From the NCBI GenBank assembly GCA_015233675.1, contig JADFXH010000004.1, forward strand, positions 72,492 to 136,491: DNA of 64,000 nucleotides, written 5' to 3'. The position numbers were made by a program, and so were the translations under genes. Below the pieces are notes generated by a model, which was not told the DNA's origin, searched no databases, and saw nothing but the letters and a program-made list of their open reading frames with translations. This stretch comes from Candidatus Omnitrophota bacterium (GTDB lineage Bacteria > Omnitrophota > Gorgyraeia > Zapsychrales > Fredricksoniimonadaceae). This document shows, piece by piece, positions 9,201 to 17,873 of the stretch (the first letter of the stretch is position 1; each line of letters begins with the position of its first letter).

Positions 9201-10175
9201 CTAGTAGCTGGTGGCAAGTTCTTCTTTTAACTGATAAAGCAATCCTGCGGCAATTTCGGGTTTAGCTAAAAAATACTTTCTAGCTTTAATAGTTATTTTT
9301 GACCTGTTCCATCCTTGTTTTTGGACCTCAATGGAAATATCGCAATTGTAGACTTTTGCAAAAATCTGACCTGCCGAATCATTTGTTCTTTTGATCTGCC
9401 CTAACCGTTTGACCAGCTGTAAACTGTGCTGATAAACTTGCGCGCTGGAATACAGCATATCAGAGACCGCATCATCGCGGGCCACAGCAATCCCTATCGC
9501 TAGCCCCGGCAAAAACCCTACCCCCAACAAGGCGGTAGCAGCATATAATCCGGCACCTTGTAAGGCGGTTGGCTTTAACGCCTCAAACATCAATAACCCC
9601 ACGAGTTTAGGGACGCCATTAATATTACGGATAGTTTTATCTTTAAGATTCAAATCGTAAGCTTCGATCACAGGCGGCGTTTTGCTGTCATCCTCAACAA
9701 CGACCTGTTCTATATTGAGTTTAAGTTCGTCAATGATAAAATTAGGCAAAGGCCCCTTGGTCTTTTCATGAAGCTTTTCCTGAACAATTTTAAGCTCATT
9801 TACATTCAACTTGCCCTGCGGATTTTTAAAAACAATCATTTTATTTAAACGAAAAATCACTAAAGGAAAATGCAGTTTCCCTTTCAGGGCCTCAAAAAGG
9901 TCAGCATCAACAAGTATTTCAGAAGCATTAAAAAATACTTTTGGCGGGAACCCTTGCTCATTATAAACCTGAAGATCGGTGATACGTATTTTATGGGTAA
10001 AAATATTTAAAGAAAAATTGCCAAAGGTAACCTTAGCTCCGATCGCCTTTGCTGCAACAGACTCGATAACCGGCTTAAGAAAAGCCTGTTGGGCAAACCA
10101 GATTACAATAATCGTGATAAGCCCCACCCAAAGCCATCGGTTCAAACGCGAAAAAAAATTGAAAGTAGTATTCAT
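9201..10175 (-). CDS. Hypothetical membrane-anchored protein (AsmA-like N-terminus?)
   Basis: 324 aa with one N-terminal TM helix (WLWVGLITIIVIWF), a second hydrophobic segment near residue 200, and a beta-rich remainder. No SD, and the start abuts the upstream terminator. Confidence 0.5.
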   Translation of the reverse strand: MNTTFNFFSRLNRWLWVGLITIIVIWFAQQAFLKPVIESVAAKAIGAKVTFGNFSLNIFTHKIRITDLQVYNEQGFPPKVFFNASEILVDADLFEALKGKLHFPLVIFRLNKMIVFKNPQGKLNVNELKIVQEKLHEKTKGPLPNFIIDELKLNIEQVVVEDDSKTPPVIEAYDLNLKDKTIRNINGVPKLVGLLMFEALKPTALQGAGLYAATALLGVGFLPGLAIGIAVARDDAVSDMLYSSAQVYQHSLQLVKRLGQIKRTNDSAGQIFAKVYNCDISIEVQKQGWNRSKITIKARKYFLAKPEIAAGLLYQLKEELATSY

Positions 10176-10182
10176 GAATAAT

Positions 10183-10229
10183 TTAAATAAAAACCCCCAC
10201 TGTTGTCTTACGACAACAAAACGTGGGGG
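10183..10229 (-). terminator. Rho-independent terminator after the DUF3332-like gene
   Basis: Minus strand: CCCCCACGTTTTGTTGTC-GTAA-GACAACAGTGGGGG followed by TTTTTATTTAAATT. Located 33 nt past the stop at 10262. Confidence 0.8.
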
Positions 10230-10261
10230 CCTTTATTCTGCCAAATAACCCGATATAACCT

Positions 10262-10801
10262 TTAGTTGTTAGTCATGTAACGTTCTTTGAGCAAAGCAAT
10301 CTGCCCGGCCGGATAATTCTTGACCAGCTTGCCTTTCCCGTCATAAATTGACACCCCTCCGTCTTTGCCCTGAAGGGAAGAATACAGCACTTGTCCCTTC
10401 TCATTCTTGGCCGTAATCATATTATCGGCTCTTTCAAAAATCAACCCATGATTATTGCCTTTTGCCAAAGAAGTCAAGGTGACTTGATCTGTTTTGGAAT
10501 TATAAGACATCCTGTATTTTTCATTGCCGTTTTGAACAATGCGTGATGCCGGTGGGACATAACTCATATCAACAGGGTTTTTACCCGTCCAGAATTCGAT
10601 AGAGTTAAAAACAATAGCATCAGCCAATGTCGCAAAGCCGTAAATCGGCAACAGGGCAACAACCAGGAAACAAAGTTCATCAGACCATTTATCAGCTTGA
10701 GATCGGTGAAAATTATAGACTTTACGTGTCAAATTAAAAGAACCGGTACATCCGGCATTAAATACTGCAAAAATCAAAATGATAGCCATTATTTTCTTCA
10801 T
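10262..10801 (-). CDS. DUF3332-like lipoprotein
   Basis: Lipobox (FNAG|C), then GSFNLTRKVYNFH and ...DAIVFNSIEFWTGKNP. I recall this pattern from the DUF3332 family; the assignment is from memory. Confidence 0.65.
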   Translation of the reverse strand: MKKIMAIILIFAVFNAGCTGSFNLTRKVYNFHRSQADKWSDELCFLVVALLPIYGFATLADAIVFNSIEFWTGKNPVDMSYVPPASRIVQNGNEKYRMSYNSKTDQVTLTSLAKGNNHGLIFERADNMITAKNEKGQVLYSSLQGKDGGVSIYDGKGKLVKNYPAGQIALLKERYMTNN

Positions 10802-10893
10802 ATGCCCTCCTATGTTTTAAAAAGGCCCTGTAAAAAATTATGCCTGCTTGGCAGCCCTGACTCCTCTACCATTGAAATTTGCCCTGATGCCTT

Positions 10894-10902
10894 ATTATAC
10901 CA
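10894..10902 (-). promoter_or_regulatory. Candidate extended -10 promoter element for the DUF3332-like gene
   Basis: Minus strand reads TGGTATAAT (TGnTATAAT) about 90 nt upstream of the ATG at 10801. No good -35 element. Confidence 0.4.
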
Positions 10903-10946
10903 AATCGAAATTAAAAACGCTCTTTTTATTTGTGACGGCTAATGAC

Positions 10947-11822
10947 TTACAGCCTGGATAAAATAAGCGGGTTAAAGGCTTTGGCAGCTATAATCACCTT
11001 GCTGCCGATAGTTAAGCCGGCAATTTCTTCGTCACTCGCCGCCACCTTGGTCACATTATTGCCGATACTTAAAGTTAGAATATTTATAACGCCATCCTTA
11101 TGAATTTCAATAATCTCACCTGTAAACTTGAATTTTCCGCTCACATCATTATTCACGAAAACTTCCTGAGGACTGCCGGATTTTGTGATCTTGCCGTGAT
11201 CAATAACAAAAACCTTTTTTGATAGTTTAAACACCTCTGACAAATCATGGCTCACCAGGATCGTTGTGGTCCTGGTTTTCTGATAAACCTTGATAATCTC
11301 ATCTTGAAGGTTTAAACGCGAATGCATATCCAAATCCGATAATGGTTCATCCAAAAGTAAAACCTTAGGCTGTCTGATCAGAGCACGAATCAAGGCCACC
11401 CTTTGCTTTTGGCCGCCGGATATTTTATCCGGCTTTTGAGATTCCAAACCTTTTAAACCCATCGCAATGATCCACTCATCAATGGTGCCCAACGCGCTTT
11501 TATCACCGCAAGAATACTCCAAATTTTCACGAACCGTCATGTGGGGAAAAAGATTGTTTTCTTGGAAAACAACGCCGATCTTCCTTTGTTGAACAGGACG
11601 GTTAATCCTGTTAAGGCTGTCAAACCAAATCTCTCCGTCGACTTCTATGAACCCCTCTTGCGGTTGTGTCAATCCTGCCAATATCCGCAAAAAAGTTGTT
11701 TTACCGGCTCCTGATTCCCCGAAAACAGTAATGAACTCCCCGCTGGGAATGCTCAAATCAAGATCAAGCAGCTCTTTTCCCCTCGGCGTCTGCATTTCTT
11801 TTTTAAATCGCAGCTTAATCAT
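10947..11822 (-). CDS. modC: Molybdate ABC transporter ATP-binding protein with a C-terminal TOBE-like domain
   Basis: Walker A GESGAGKTT, signature SGGQKQRVAL, Walker B LLLDEP. Last gene of the modA-mop-modB-modC order. Confidence 0.8.
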   Translation of the reverse strand: MIKLRFKKEMQTPRGKELLDLDLSIPSGEFITVFGESGAGKTTFLRILAGLTQPQEGFIEVDGEIWFDSLNRINRPVQQRKIGVVFQENNLFPHMTVRENLEYSCGDKSALGTIDEWIIAMGLKGLESQKPDKISGGQKQRVALIRALIRQPKVLLLDEPLSDLDMHSRLNLQDEIIKVYQKTRTTTILVSHDLSEVFKLSKKVFVIDHGKITKSGSPQEVFVNNDVSGKFKFTGEIIEIHKDGVINILTLSIGNNVTKVAASDEEIAGLTIGSKVIIAAKAFNPLILSRL

Positions 11823-11825
11823 AAA

Positions 11826-12494
11826 TTAAAAAATATTCAGCCGTTTCCTGTTCAAATAATAAAAAGCCAGCAAAATGCAAAAAGATATGATCACCAGTAT
11901 CAACGCATAAAGACCGGCAGTATCATAATTTAAAGCTTCAACTTCATTATAAATGGCGATAGAGGCAAGTCTTGTTTCTTTCGGGATATTACCGCCGATC
12001 ATAAGCACCACCCCGAATTCACCGATGGTATGGGCAAAGGCCATGACTATGCCCGTCAACAAAGCGGGCCTGATATTCGGCAGGATGACACTGCGCAAAG
12101 TGTCCCAGGAGGATTTGCCTAAACAAAAGGACTCTTCTATCAGTGCCAAAGGGAAGTTTTGCAAACCTGCCTTGATCGGATTGACCATAAAAGGAAGGCT
12201 AAAAAGCACAGAACCGATGACAAGCCCGGTAAAACTAAAAACAACCCTGACGCCCAAAGAGCCCAAAAAATGTCCCAAAAAATACTTGGGACTAAAAGCA
12301 ATAAGAAGATAAAAACCTATGACGGTAGGCGGCAAAACCAGGGGCATGCTGACAAGGGTTTCAACGATATATTTAAATCTGTTTCTCGAGAATACAATCC
12401 AATAAGCTATCGGAAGGCCAAGGGCAAAAAGAATCACCGTAACAACCAAGGCCAGCCGGAATGTCAACAATAGAGGCTGTAAATCGTAATGCAT
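11826..12494 (-). CDS. modB: Molybdate ABC transporter permease
   Basis: 222 aa with about five TM helices and an EAA-like loop (IEESFCLGKSSWDTLRSVILP), between the Mop gene and modC. Confidence 0.85.
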   Translation of the reverse strand: MHYDLQPLLLTFRLALVVTVILFALGLPIAYWIVFSRNRFKYIVETLVSMPLVLPPTVIGFYLLIAFSPKYFLGHFLGSLGVRVVFSFTGLVIGSVLFSLPFMVNPIKAGLQNFPLALIEESFCLGKSSWDTLRSVILPNIRPALLTGIVMAFAHTIGEFGVVLMIGGNIPKETRLASIAIYNEVEALNYDTAGLYALILVIISFCILLAFYYLNRKRLNIF

Positions 12495-12899
12495 TTATCT
12501 CTCTTTAAGCAAAAAAACTTCATTTGTTTTAACCAGCCATTCAACGGCATCACCGATGATCAATCCCAACTTTTGGGCCGAACGGGTTGTGATAATAGAA
12601 ATAATTTCTTTAGTTTTATAATCAAGGATGACCTTTGTTAAAATATCCGACTTTTCAAGGAGTTTGATCGTCCCTTTAAACCTGTTTCTTAAGCTGACCA
12701 ATCCCGACAAATTTTTCCCTATAGAAACTTCTGTTTCTTTAAAAAGCATGGTGACTCTGCCTCCTTGCTTTAAATAGGCGGCGCTAGCCGGCGTTTCAAG
12801 GACAATAGCACTAAAAATATCCCCATCAACATCAATGTCGACTATCGACATATGTTCAGATGATTCAATGAGAGTGACCTGACCGGTTAATTTATTCAC
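12495..12899 (-). CDS. Molybdopterin-binding (Mop/TOBE, tandem) protein
   Basis: 134 aa with two TOBE-type halves (NKLTGQVTLIE..., NRFKGTIKLLE...). GTG start in a GTGA overlap with the modA stop. Confidence 0.75.
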   Translation of the reverse strand: MNKLTGQVTLIESSEHMSIVDIDVDGDIFSAIVLETPASAAYLKQGGRVTMLFKETEVSIGKNLSGLVSLRNRFKGTIKLLEKSDILTKVILDYKTKEIISIITTRSAQKLGLIIGDAVEWLVKTNEVFLLKER

Positions 12900-13654
12900 G
12901 GAAGTTGATAGCCATATTTCTTAAAAATTTCACGTGCCCGGGCTGAAAAAAGAAAATCATAAAATTCACGGGCCTCTTTGAAATGATTTTTTAATTTTGC
13001 ATATTTTAGCACAATCACACCCTGGGCAATAGGCCTGTATGCGTGCGGGTCCAATTCAATCCATTTGCCATGCCCCTTGATTTTCGGGGCCAAGACAACC
13101 GACTTAGCTGTAAAGCCGAAATCCGCCGCCCCTGTGGTAACAAATTGATTGACCTGTGAAATACTTTGGCCAAATACTAATTTCGTCTGCAGCGGCGCGT
13201 ACAATTTATAATATTCTAAAACATTAACCGCCTCGCGGCCGTAAGGCGCCAGACGAGGATCAGCTAAAGCAATTTTCCCAACACCAGCATCCTTTAAAAC
13301 ATTGATGCCTTGGGACAGGTCAGAACTTTTCATCGTCCAAAGGACTAAAACTCCATAGGCATATACTTCAGGCGCCTGTTTAGAAAATCCATCTTTATAA
13401 AGCGCGTTGGGATATTTCATATCCGCAGATAAGAATACATCAAACGGCGCTCCATTCTCTACCTGTGCAGCTAATGCCCCGGACGAACCGATGATTGTCT
13501 TGACATCAATTCCGGTTTCCTTGGCAAATGCCGCCTTTAAGTCTTCCAGGATGAATTGCGCGTTTGCCGCACCAGCGACAATGATTTCACCGGCAAAAGC
13601 AGCTATCGGTAACGCTAAAAAAACCGCAACTGCAATAAGAATTATCTTTCTCAT
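12896..13654 (-). CDS. modA: Periplasmic molybdate-binding protein
   Basis: Signal peptide, then GSSGALAAQVENGAPFDVFLSAD, typical of ModA. The ATG at 13654 is preceded by AGAGGTG; the tracked GTG at 13660 is less likely. Confidence 0.85.
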   Translation of the reverse strand: MRKIILIAVAVFLALPIAAFAGEIIVAGAANAQFILEDLKAAFAKETGIDVKTIIGSSGALAAQVENGAPFDVFLSADMKYPNALYKDGFSKQAPEVYAYGVLVLWTMKSSDLSQGINVLKDAGVGKIALADPRLAPYGREAVNVLEYYKLYAPLQTKLVFGQSISQVNQFVTTGAADFGFTAKSVVLAPKIKGHGKWIELDPHAYRPIAQGVIVLKYAKLKNHFKEAREFYDFLFSARAREIFKKYGYQLP

Positions 13655-13677
13655 ATTCACCTCTTACTTTTTTAATG

Positions 13678-13700
13678 GGTTCTGTCAAAATTCTTGCAGG
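13678..13700. repeat. 23-nt dispersed repeat GGTTCTGTCAAAATTCTTGCAGG (copy 1 of 2)
   Basis: Matches 52667..52689 at 22 of 23 positions. The reverse strand contains TTGACA. Confidence 0.8.
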
Positions 13701-13878
13701 TTATGCATGAGAAGAGATATTATTTGCTCAACGGGATATTTTCGCCGTTGGCGTCGGTTTACAGCAAAAATGTTCTAAAGTCTCTCTTCATTTGGAACAT
13801 TTTTGCTGTAAATCCTAGCCAACTTTTGGCGAAAAATCCCTGAATGTTTCGCAAACAATATCTCTTCTCATGCATAAC
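13700..13878. repeat. Long imperfect inverted repeat (about 76/84-nt arms, 19-nt loop) in the modA/acyltransferase divergent intergenic region
   Basis: The left arm GTTATGCATGAGAAGAGATATT...TTTACAGCAAAAATGTTC (13700-13775) is complementary to the right arm GAACATTTTTGCTGTAAA...AATATCTCTTCTCATGCATAAC (13795-13878), with a few indels in the middle. Confidence 0.85.
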
Positions 13879-14044
13879 TCCCAATCCTTGCGCATTTTTC
13901 ATATAACTTTTGACACTACCTTTTAATGTAAAAAAAACCTTTTTGTCAACCATTGCCAATATATCATGGGATTAAAAATGCTCATACTTAATCCTAAAAA
14001 ATATCGTAACGAAAACGCTTATTTGATATATTATAAACAATTAT

Positions 14045-14977
14045 ATGACTAAAAAAGCAATTAAACAAATCAAGAGAGCTTTAGCCCGGTGGGCTTATTA
14101 TTTCTTCTACTGGTTTTTCAGCCTTTTGCCTGTTAATTTTATTTTTATGATAAGCAACGGGTTGATGTCTATCGCGTTTCCCTTTCTTATCAATTTGCGC
14201 AAAATCGCCAGAGAAAGCCTGACAATCGCATTTGCGAAAGAAAAATCCGAGGAAGAAATTAATCGGACCCTGCATGACTGTTTCTTTAACTTAGGCCGCG
14301 GGTACATTGAAATGTTTTGTTACATCCAAAGGCCTAAATTAATCCTTAAAAAGCTGCGCCTGACTGAAGGCTCTCTTAAGAATCTTGAGAATGCCCTTAA
14401 AGAAAATAAAGGTGTTGTGGGAGTTTCAGCACACTTCGGAAGTTTTCCTTTAATGCTTTTACATTTATCAAAATTAGGATATCCGGTCCACACCATCCTG
14501 CGCCCCAGTCGTGATGAAAAAATTGAAAAAAGCTTCCAGGCCCATCGATCAAGAATGAATTTTAAAACGATACTCAGCTATCCGCGTTATACCTGCATAC
14601 GCCAATCTTTGACGGTATTGCGCTCTAAAGAAATCGTGGTAGTCCTGATGGATCAAAATACCGACGCGAAGTCAGGTGTTTTTGTGGATTTCTTTGGTCA
14701 AAAGGCTGGCACACCGATAGGAGCTGTCGTTTTTGCCATGCGTACCGGATCACCGATTTTGCCCATGTTTACCCTGCGTGATGGGAAAGATTCACATAAA
14801 ATCATTATTGAGCCGCATTTTTATTTAGAAATTAAACCCACCGATGAGGAAACGCTGCAATACAATGTCCAGAAAATAACCAATATCATTGAGAAATACA
14901 TCCGTCAATACCCTGAGGAATGGAGCTGGATGAACAAACGATGGAAAAGCAAACCTAACAGCAGTAACCCTTCTTAA
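14045..14977 (+). CDS. Lipid A biosynthesis (LpxL/HtrB-family) lysophospholipid acyltransferase
   Basis: 310 aa with an N-terminal TM anchor, an HFGSFP block at the position of the family H(x)4(D/E) box, and a MDQN...FFG...T..G block. One of only two plus-strand genes. Confidence 0.75.
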   Translation: MTKKAIKQIKRALARWAYYFFYWFFSLLPVNFIFMISNGLMSIAFPFLINLRKIARESLTIAFAKEKSEEEINRTLHDCFFNLGRGYIEMFCYIQRPKLILKKLRLTEGSLKNLENALKENKGVVGVSAHFGSFPLMLLHLSKLGYPVHTILRPSRDEKIEKSFQAHRSRMNFKTILSYPRYTCIRQSLTVLRSKEIVVVLMDQNTDAKSGVFVDFFGQKAGTPIGAVVFAMRTGSPILPMFTLRDGKDSHKIIIEPHFYLEIKPTDEETLQYNVQKITNIIEKYIRQYPEEWSWMNKRWKSKPNSSNPS

Positions 14978-16032
14978 ACCCCTGGATATGATCCTAAGAT
15001 TTTAAGAAATTTGCACATCCCCTCAAGTTGAGCAAGGGCGCGGGCCACGCAAGGGTCATTTTGATGGCCTTCACAGTCAACAAAGAAATAATAATCCCAG
15101 GCTTTCTTTTTAGAAGGACGGGATTCTATTTTGGTAAGATTAATCTTATGTTTCATGAAAGGGGTCAGCATCGCATGCAAAGCCCCTACTTTATCCTTGA
15201 TGGAAAACACCAATGAGGTCCGGTCCGATCCGGTTGGAGGCACATCCATTGTCGAAATCACCAAAAAACGCGTAATATTATGCGCGCTGTCCTGAATATT
15301 TTTCTTAAGAATATTCAATCCATATAAAGAAGCAGCGATCTGGGAGGCAATACAAGCCGCGTTTTTTCGCCCCGCCACGATTTGAGCGGCTTTGGTGGAT
15401 GACACCGCCGGTATCAGATGTGCCTTGGGCATATTCTTCATAAGCCATAGACGGCATTGGCCAAAGATCTGTGGATGAGAATGAATTTCTTTGACCTGTG
15501 ACAAAGCCCCCTTGGACATCAAATGATGCGTCACATCCAACAAAACCTGGGAACAGATTTTAAGATCTGATTCCGCTAACAAATCCATCGTATGGGTAAC
15601 AACGCCCTCGATAGAATTTTCGATAGGGACTACCCCATAATCACAATCTGCGCCTTCCACCTTCCTGAACACCTCAGCCACATTGTCACATGCAACATGA
15701 TCGACGGAAGAACCAAATCTCTTTAAAGATGCTAAATGTGAAAAAGTAGCCTCCGGCCCCATATAGGCAATGCGTAAAGGTTTCTCCAGGGCAAGGGAGG
15801 CTGACATAATCTCGCGGTAAATAGCCTCCACGGCCTCATCTTTAATAGGGCCGCGATTAAGATTCTTGATACGTTTAAGGACATCCTGCTCGCGGTCGGG
15901 CGCGTATATCGGCTGTTTATTCTTTATCTTTTCTTTGCCGATAGACAAAGTAATGGCCGCACGATCATTTAAAAGCCCGATGATCTTGGCATCTAATCCG
16001 TCTATTTTTTTACGCTGTTTGCTTAAGTCCAT
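14974..16032 (-). CDS. pheA: Bifunctional chorismate mutase / prephenate dehydratase (P-protein)
   Basis: N-terminal chorismate-mutase helices (ID.LD..I..LL..R), a prephenate dehydratase domain (GPEATFSH, ...IENSIEG.V) and a C-terminal ACT domain (TSLVFSIKDKVGAL...ESRP). Its stop overlaps the convergent acyltransferase stop (TTAA). Confidence 0.9.
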   Translation of the reverse strand: MDLSKQRKKIDGLDAKIIGLLNDRAAITLSIGKEKIKNKQPIYAPDREQDVLKRIKNLNRGPIKDEAVEAIYREIMSASLALEKPLRIAYMGPEATFSHLASLKRFGSSVDHVACDNVAEVFRKVEGADCDYGVVPIENSIEGVVTHTMDLLAESDLKICSQVLLDVTHHLMSKGALSQVKEIHSHPQIFGQCRLWLMKNMPKAHLIPAVSSTKAAQIVAGRKNAACIASQIAASLYGLNILKKNIQDSAHNITRFLVISTMDVPPTGSDRTSLVFSIKDKVGALHAMLTPFMKHKINLTKIESRPSKKKAWDYYFFVDCEGHQNDPCVARALAQLEGMCKFLKILGSYPGV

Positions 16033-16034
16033 AG

Positions 16035-16757
16035 TTAAGAAATCACCTCATCAGCCGCAACTTCCCCCAAAGGCTCTTGCGACAAAAGTCGAGACTGGCC
16101 GCTGCCTTCCTGGCTGGCTGTTAGTTCCTGCATCTGCTCAACAGGTGCCTCAGTTTGTTTTTCCTCAACAGAAGGGACAGGCACTGATTCCTGAGATTCC
16201 AGCAATTCGCCCTTGGGCACATCAACGCCTAATTGGTTAAACTCTTCAATTTTGGGCAAATCTTCCAATGATTTTAAACCAAAATATTCCAGAAACTCTT
16301 TAGTAGTGCCGTATAAAAACGGCCGGCCGGGCACTTCTTTACGGCCGGTGATCCTGATCAGGCCTTTATTAAGCAAATGGGCTATAGTGCCATCGGAATT
16401 TACCCCGCGGATGATTTCCACCTCAGCACGGCCTACCGGTTGTTTATAAGCAATGATCGCTAAACTTTCCAACGCCGGTCGGGAAAGTTTTTCTTTAGTT
16501 TTGGTTTTATAAAATTCACGGATGTATACTGCCGCATGACTGTTGGAAAGCATCTGAAAGCCCCCGGCGATTTCCACTATTACCATGCCAGCTTCGCGAC
16601 TAACATATTCTTCCTGCAACTGCTTGATCAAATCTTGGATTTGGGAAGGCTTGAGTTCCCTGAACACTTCTTTTAACTGCTCCAAAAGCACGGGCTTTTC
16701 ACTGACAAACAATAATGCTTCAATGGCACTTTTATAATTTTGTATTTGCTCATCCAT
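16035..16757 (-). CDS. scpB: Segregation and condensation protein B, with an acidic low-complexity tail
   Basis: Blocks IEALLFVSEKPV, GGFQM and SRPALESLAIIAYKQPV...EIRGV. The ATG at 16757 lies one nt past the ruvA stop. Confidence 0.85.
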   Translation of the reverse strand: MDEQIQNYKSAIEALLFVSEKPVLLEQLKEVFRELKPSQIQDLIKQLQEEYVSREAGMVIVEIAGGFQMLSNSHAAVYIREFYKTKTKEKLSRPALESLAIIAYKQPVGRAEVEIIRGVNSDGTIAHLLNKGLIRITGRKEVPGRPFLYGTTKEFLEYFGLKSLEDLPKIEEFNQLGVDVPKGELLESQESVPVPSVEEKQTEAPVEQMQELTASQEGSGQSRLLSQEPLGEVAADEVIS

Positions 16758-16758
16758 C

Positions 16759-17388
16759 TTAAATATTTTTCCTTTGTTTATAAATCTCGTTGAGCAGTTC
16801 CTCTGAAGTGGCCAATTGGGAAGACCGCTCAAATGCTTTTTTGATCATTTCTTCCGCTTCTGTTTTTTTATACTGCAGCTGCAATAAAATATGTAAAGCT
16901 TCTTCTTCAATGTCACAGAACTGGGCCGACGGGTTTTGGGGCGTCACATGATCGCGCATTAAAGTAAATTTGCCCATCTTTCCCTGCAGCTTGGCCACAA
17001 TTTCCTTGGCTTTTTGCTCACCTATACCGGGAAGGGTTTTCAAATACCTGGTGTCTCCCCGGTCAATGGCCTGGGCAATTTCACCAATCGCTTTATTAAG
17101 GGCCTTGACCGCCGCCCTTGGGCCTATACCGGAAACCTTAATGAACTCTAAAAAGAAGTCCCGTTCAACTTCATTAAGGAACCCTACCAAAACCGGCACC
17201 CCACTCGAGGGGGTCATCTGATAATAATGATACGTGATTAAACGTATATTACCATCGCTATCTTGATTTTCTTTAACCCGCTGCAAGACTGAAATGGGCG
17301 TTAAAATTTCATAACTTATCCCGTTTGCCTCAAGCGTTATGGCTGTTTGAGCCTGACGCGATATTTTACCTTTAATAGCGGTGATCAT
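16759..17388 (-). CDS. ruvA: Holliday junction helicase subunit RuvA
   Basis: MITAIKGKI start, OB-fold N-terminus, HhH blocks (VSGIGPRAA, LPGIGEQKAKEI). ATGA overlap with ruvC. Confidence 0.9.
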   Translation of the reverse strand: MITAIKGKISRQAQTAITLEANGISYEILTPISVLQRVKENQDSDGNIRLITYHYYQMTPSSGVPVLVGFLNEVERDFFLEFIKVSGIGPRAAVKALNKAIGEIAQAIDRGDTRYLKTLPGIGEQKAKEIVAKLQGKMGKFTLMRDHVTPQNPSAQFCDIEEEALHILLQLQYKKTEAEEMIKKAFERSSQLATSEELLNEIYKQRKNI

Positions 17389-17870
17389 ATCAATTTATAA
17401 CGCATCATATGCGCCTGCCCCAACGCCAAACTTAACGCGTCACTGGCATCTAATTTAAACCCAGCGGATTTGATATTCAACAGTCTTTTGACAAATTCCT
17501 GGCATTGACTCTTGGTGGCATTGCCGTTTCCAAGCAAGGCCTTGCGGATGCGCTTAACACTCTGTTCGACAAGTTCAATATTCTGTTGGGCCACACTTAA
17601 ACAGATCACCCCGCGCACATGCCCTAAAACAGCAACGGTGGCAGGATGTTTATAATGGGCGTATAATTTTTCCAGGACCACGACGTCAGGATGGTGTGCC
17701 TGAAGTATGGTCGTGATATGCAGATGGACTTTAAAAAGCCTTTTCTCGAAGGGATCCTTGACGCTTGGCTCAATAGTCCCCGCTTCGAGGATTTTGACGC
17801 CGCCGTCTTTAATGTCAACGACGCCATATCCCGTTGTGATAAGACCGGGATCAATGCCTAAGATACGCAT
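17385..17870 (-). CDS. ruvC: Holliday junction resolvase RuvC
   Basis: MRILGIDPG start; catalytic acidic residues are in the expected blocks (GIDPG, ..LE.., ..DASDAL..). Confidence 0.9.
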   Translation of the reverse strand: MRILGIDPGLITTGYGVVDIKDGGVKILEAGTIEPSVKDPFEKRLFKVHLHITTILQAHHPDVVVLEKLYAHYKHPATVAVLGHVRGVICLSVAQQNIELVEQSVKRIRKALLGNGNATKSQCQEFVKRLLNIKSAGFKLDASDALSLALGQAHMMRYKLI

Positions 17871-17873
17871 AAA

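Noticed and set aside
13407-13959. ORFs 13407..13778 (+) and 13759..13959 (-) spanning the hairpin element
   Set aside because: One is antisense to modA, and both read through the inverted-repeat arms (mirror-image peptides FTAKMF). There is no SD. They are artefacts of the palindrome.
13661-14044. Molybdenum-cofactor (Moco) riboswitch or ModE operator upstream of modA
   Set aside because: The leader is dominated by one long AT-rich hairpin. I cannot find the GC-rich multi-stem junction or conserved blocks I associate with the Moco motif, nor a TATAT-N-ATATA ModE-type palindrome. A covariance-model search would be needed to be certain.
14974-14977. Convergent pheA and acyltransferase genes sharing the tetranucleotide TTAA as overlapping stop codons
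   Set aside because: The overlap is real but a trivial consequence of genome compaction. No terminator or regulatory structure is evident.
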